Shown one piece after another: positions 61,361-64,000 of a stretch of DNA of 64,000 nucleotides (the stretch's first letter is position 1; each line of letters begins with the position of its first letter). A program made the position numbers and the translations under genes. The stretch is from Isurus oxyrinchus (lineage: Eukaryota): the NCBI GenBank assembly GCA_026770705.1, contig JANJGN010000034.1:13144001-13208000 (forward strand). Direction: 5' to 3'. The notes under the pieces were generated by a model. It ran no database searches and was not told the DNA's origin. It saw only the letters and a program-made list of their open reading frames with translations.

Positions 61361-62835
61361 AGTTTTCTTTCCACCATAGCTACTCGTTCCTTCCAGTTTC
61401 TAACGCATGCCTTGGCATCCTTGGGATATTTCACCACCCAGTTTACTGTTCATTTCACAAGACTTTGAAGCTCTGTCAACCTTCCAAGGCAGCTCCACTA
61501 AGACTTTGCACAGCAATATCACAGTCCCAGTGAGCAAAGCAGAGATGAAATAGATTCAGATATTAAAGTTTTCATTCAGAGGAGAGCTCTCTACAGTGGC
61601 TGTAATTGTTTGTGGAATATGTGTCATGCCATGTAAACATCCAAAGGCACAATACTGCAGAAAGTGACTGATTCTGATGAAAGGTCCCTGAGTTCAAACA
61701 TTAACTCTGTAACTCTCAATCTGCACAGATGCTGCCTGATCTGTCAAATATTTCCAACATTTTCTGATTTTGATATGTGAATACACGGACATCCTATCTG
61801 TTATTAACTAACTTTCAGAGGTAATTCCTTTCAGGGAGTAAATCAGTTAAATGAAAAGAGGTAGAGGCCTCTGAATCTCTCTGTTTAAATAAGCCAGTGT
61901 TGAGCTGCAGTCATTATTCTTTAGTTTGTGTGTGTGTGCAAAGGATAACACCAACATGCAAATCATGCTCTATGGTACTGCTTTCCGCATGGTAAAATGA
62001 TAATCAGACCTTTGACTCTTGCCCACTGCCATCACCTTGAGCACCGCATGTGGAGAGGGTGAGACTCTGGGTGTGCAAGAAGGTTCTGATGAGGAGGCTC
62101 CTTCTCACCATCAGCCCAGTTACAGGTTGGTGCTTGTATGAAAGTTCCTCCATATATATTCAGCATGTATCAGTGAGTAAAGCAGACAAGAGATAGTTTT
62201 GGATGTTAAAGGTTTGATTCAGAGGAGGAGCTCTCTCCAGAGGCTGCAATTGTTCTGGAATAACTGACCAGCCATGCAAATGGACGTCAACAATATCTTA
62301 CATTTATATAGCACCTTGGCTATCATGATACAGCCGAAGGCACTTCACAGGGACATTATGTCAAAGTTTGATCCTGAGCCACATGAGGAGATATTAGGAC
62401 GGATGACAACAAGCTTGGGAAAGGATGGAGATTCTAAGAAGAGCCTTAAAGGAAGAAAGTGAGGGAGAGAGGCTCGGAGGTGTAGGGAGGGACTTCCAGA
62501 GCTTGTGGCAACTGAAGACATGGCCGCCAATAGTGGAGTGATTATAATTGGGAATTTTATTTTTCCAAATATCTACTTCCTTCACAAAATTTATAGAAGC
62601 GCATTACATGGCCATTCACAGTTGAGGGCATTACATGCGGACCACTGCCTGATGGACTTGTGGCCAAAGCTATTTTTCTGCATAAGCTTTCCCATGACAA
62701 TTTGGGTGGTGCAGCATAGTCCAACTGAATGAAGCATCCTTGGCAATTGGGCCAGAGCCACCTTCACGACACTGGGGACAGGTAGAATCTCAGCATGTGG
62801 TGACATTTGGTGCCTGCATAGCGGGGGTGGAGAGG

Positions 62836-62867
<32 letters not shown>

Positions 62868-62937
62868 CCACACACAGCTTGATGCAGCCACACACACAGT
62901 TGGCCATTAGGTGGGCTTGCCTCTCCTCCTTTGAAAC

Positions 62938-63315
62938 ATACATGATTCTGAAGGGGCTTGACAGGGTAGATATTGAGAAGATGCTTCCAATAGTGGGGGA
63001 ACCTTGAACTGGGGGACATAGTTACAGAATAAGGGGACACACATTTAAAACTGAGGCGCGAAGGAATTTCTTCTCTCAGGGGGTAGCGAATATCGGGAAT
63101 CCTCTACCCCAGGGAGTTTTGGAGGCTAGATCACTGGAAGCATTTAAAGAGGAAGCAGATAGATTTTTGAAATATCGGGGAGAGGAGGGCTATGAGGAGC
63201 TGGCACGAAAGAGGAGTTGGGGTCTGGGACAGATCAGCCATGATCTTATTGAATGTCAGGGCAGGTTTGAGGGGCCGAATGGTCTACTCTTCCTCCCATT
63301 TCTTATCTTCTTATG
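62938..63315 (+). mobile_element. CR1 LINE 3' end
   Basis: Typical ORF2 C-terminus and 3' UTR (aggaatttcttctctcag..., agccatgatcttattgaatg). Confidence 0.85.
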
Positions 63316-64000
63316 TAATTTACCTAGAGATTTGTACCTTGTCACCCTGCAGTCAGGGTTCATTTTCGATCTATAGGTAAAGCAGAGGGTGACCCTGGTG
63401 ACCACCACAGCGGACGAGTGTGGCATGGACAAGATCAGCACCTCGGACAGCAACTCCGAGAATGTCTCGCACCTCACGGCCAGGCTCTTACCTGCACTGG
63501 CGAGGGAGCATCACTCCTACATGCACAGTTTTCCTTTTGTCAAGGCTGCACACTCCTTCCAGATTGGAGCATGTCCTGGACCCTCTGAATCATAGCCCCA
63601 GCACCTTCTTGTAGTCTGATTGGACGGTGAAGGCTGCAAAGGATCAGTTGGCCCAGCTCCCAAAGGACACGGCCTCACTCTTGCCATGATTGACTTCGGC
63701 TGCTGAGGCGTGCCTGAACTGGTCATGGACGCTCAGCCTTCTGCGCACCGACAGCGGATCTGAGTAGGCGATGACAGCACTGTCCAAGCTCGGAGAGGCT
63801 ATGGTCTAATTGCCTCTGCTGTCTGGGGTTGTCACCCCTCTTATGCCCCCGTTCTCCCTGACGGGGCCAGGGAAATGTTGGATGTTTGTGATTTGAAGGA
63901 CAGAGATACTGCATGCAAATCAGTCCCACACCAGCTCGACTGTACTGCTTTCTAAATGCCCAGAAGGAAAAAGCAGTTTGGATCAGTACTTTCTCCGGTA

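Overview
Eukaryotic, repeat-dense DNA. The repeat families and the GPR139-like genes point to a cartilaginous fish (shark). No bacterial, CRISPR, rRNA or tRNA genes were found. Two host-gene systems lie on the minus strand. (1) A five-exon, apparently intact single-IgV inhibitory receptor of the nectin/PVR-binding (TIGIT/PVRIG/CD96-like) family, which the ORF track does not show as a unit: leader 25906-25972, IgV 23222-23569, TM 18249-18368, 38-nt linker 16956-16993, and a two-ITIM terminal exon 15654-15788 (235 aa; an optional 18-nt micro-exon at 17227-17244 gives 241 aa). (2) A tandem cluster of two-exon GPR139/GPR142-like class A GPCR genes: one copy open as far as the window edge, two full-length pseudogenes and one small fragment. 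The open copy carries a Penelope-derived fold-back insertion immediately upstream of its ATG. That insertion duplicated the start codon (creating a 3-codon uORF) and placed a minimal hammerhead-like motif in sense orientation in the predicted 5' UTR. The rest is Penelope-like elements, CR1, Tx1/L1, RTE and L2/CR1-group LINE remnants, SINEs, solo-LTR-like elements (one with a 44-bp minisatellite showing 8-unit higher-order structure), microsatellites and three N gaps. All calls were made by eye; repeat boundaries are approximate unless a target-site duplication (TSD) is given.
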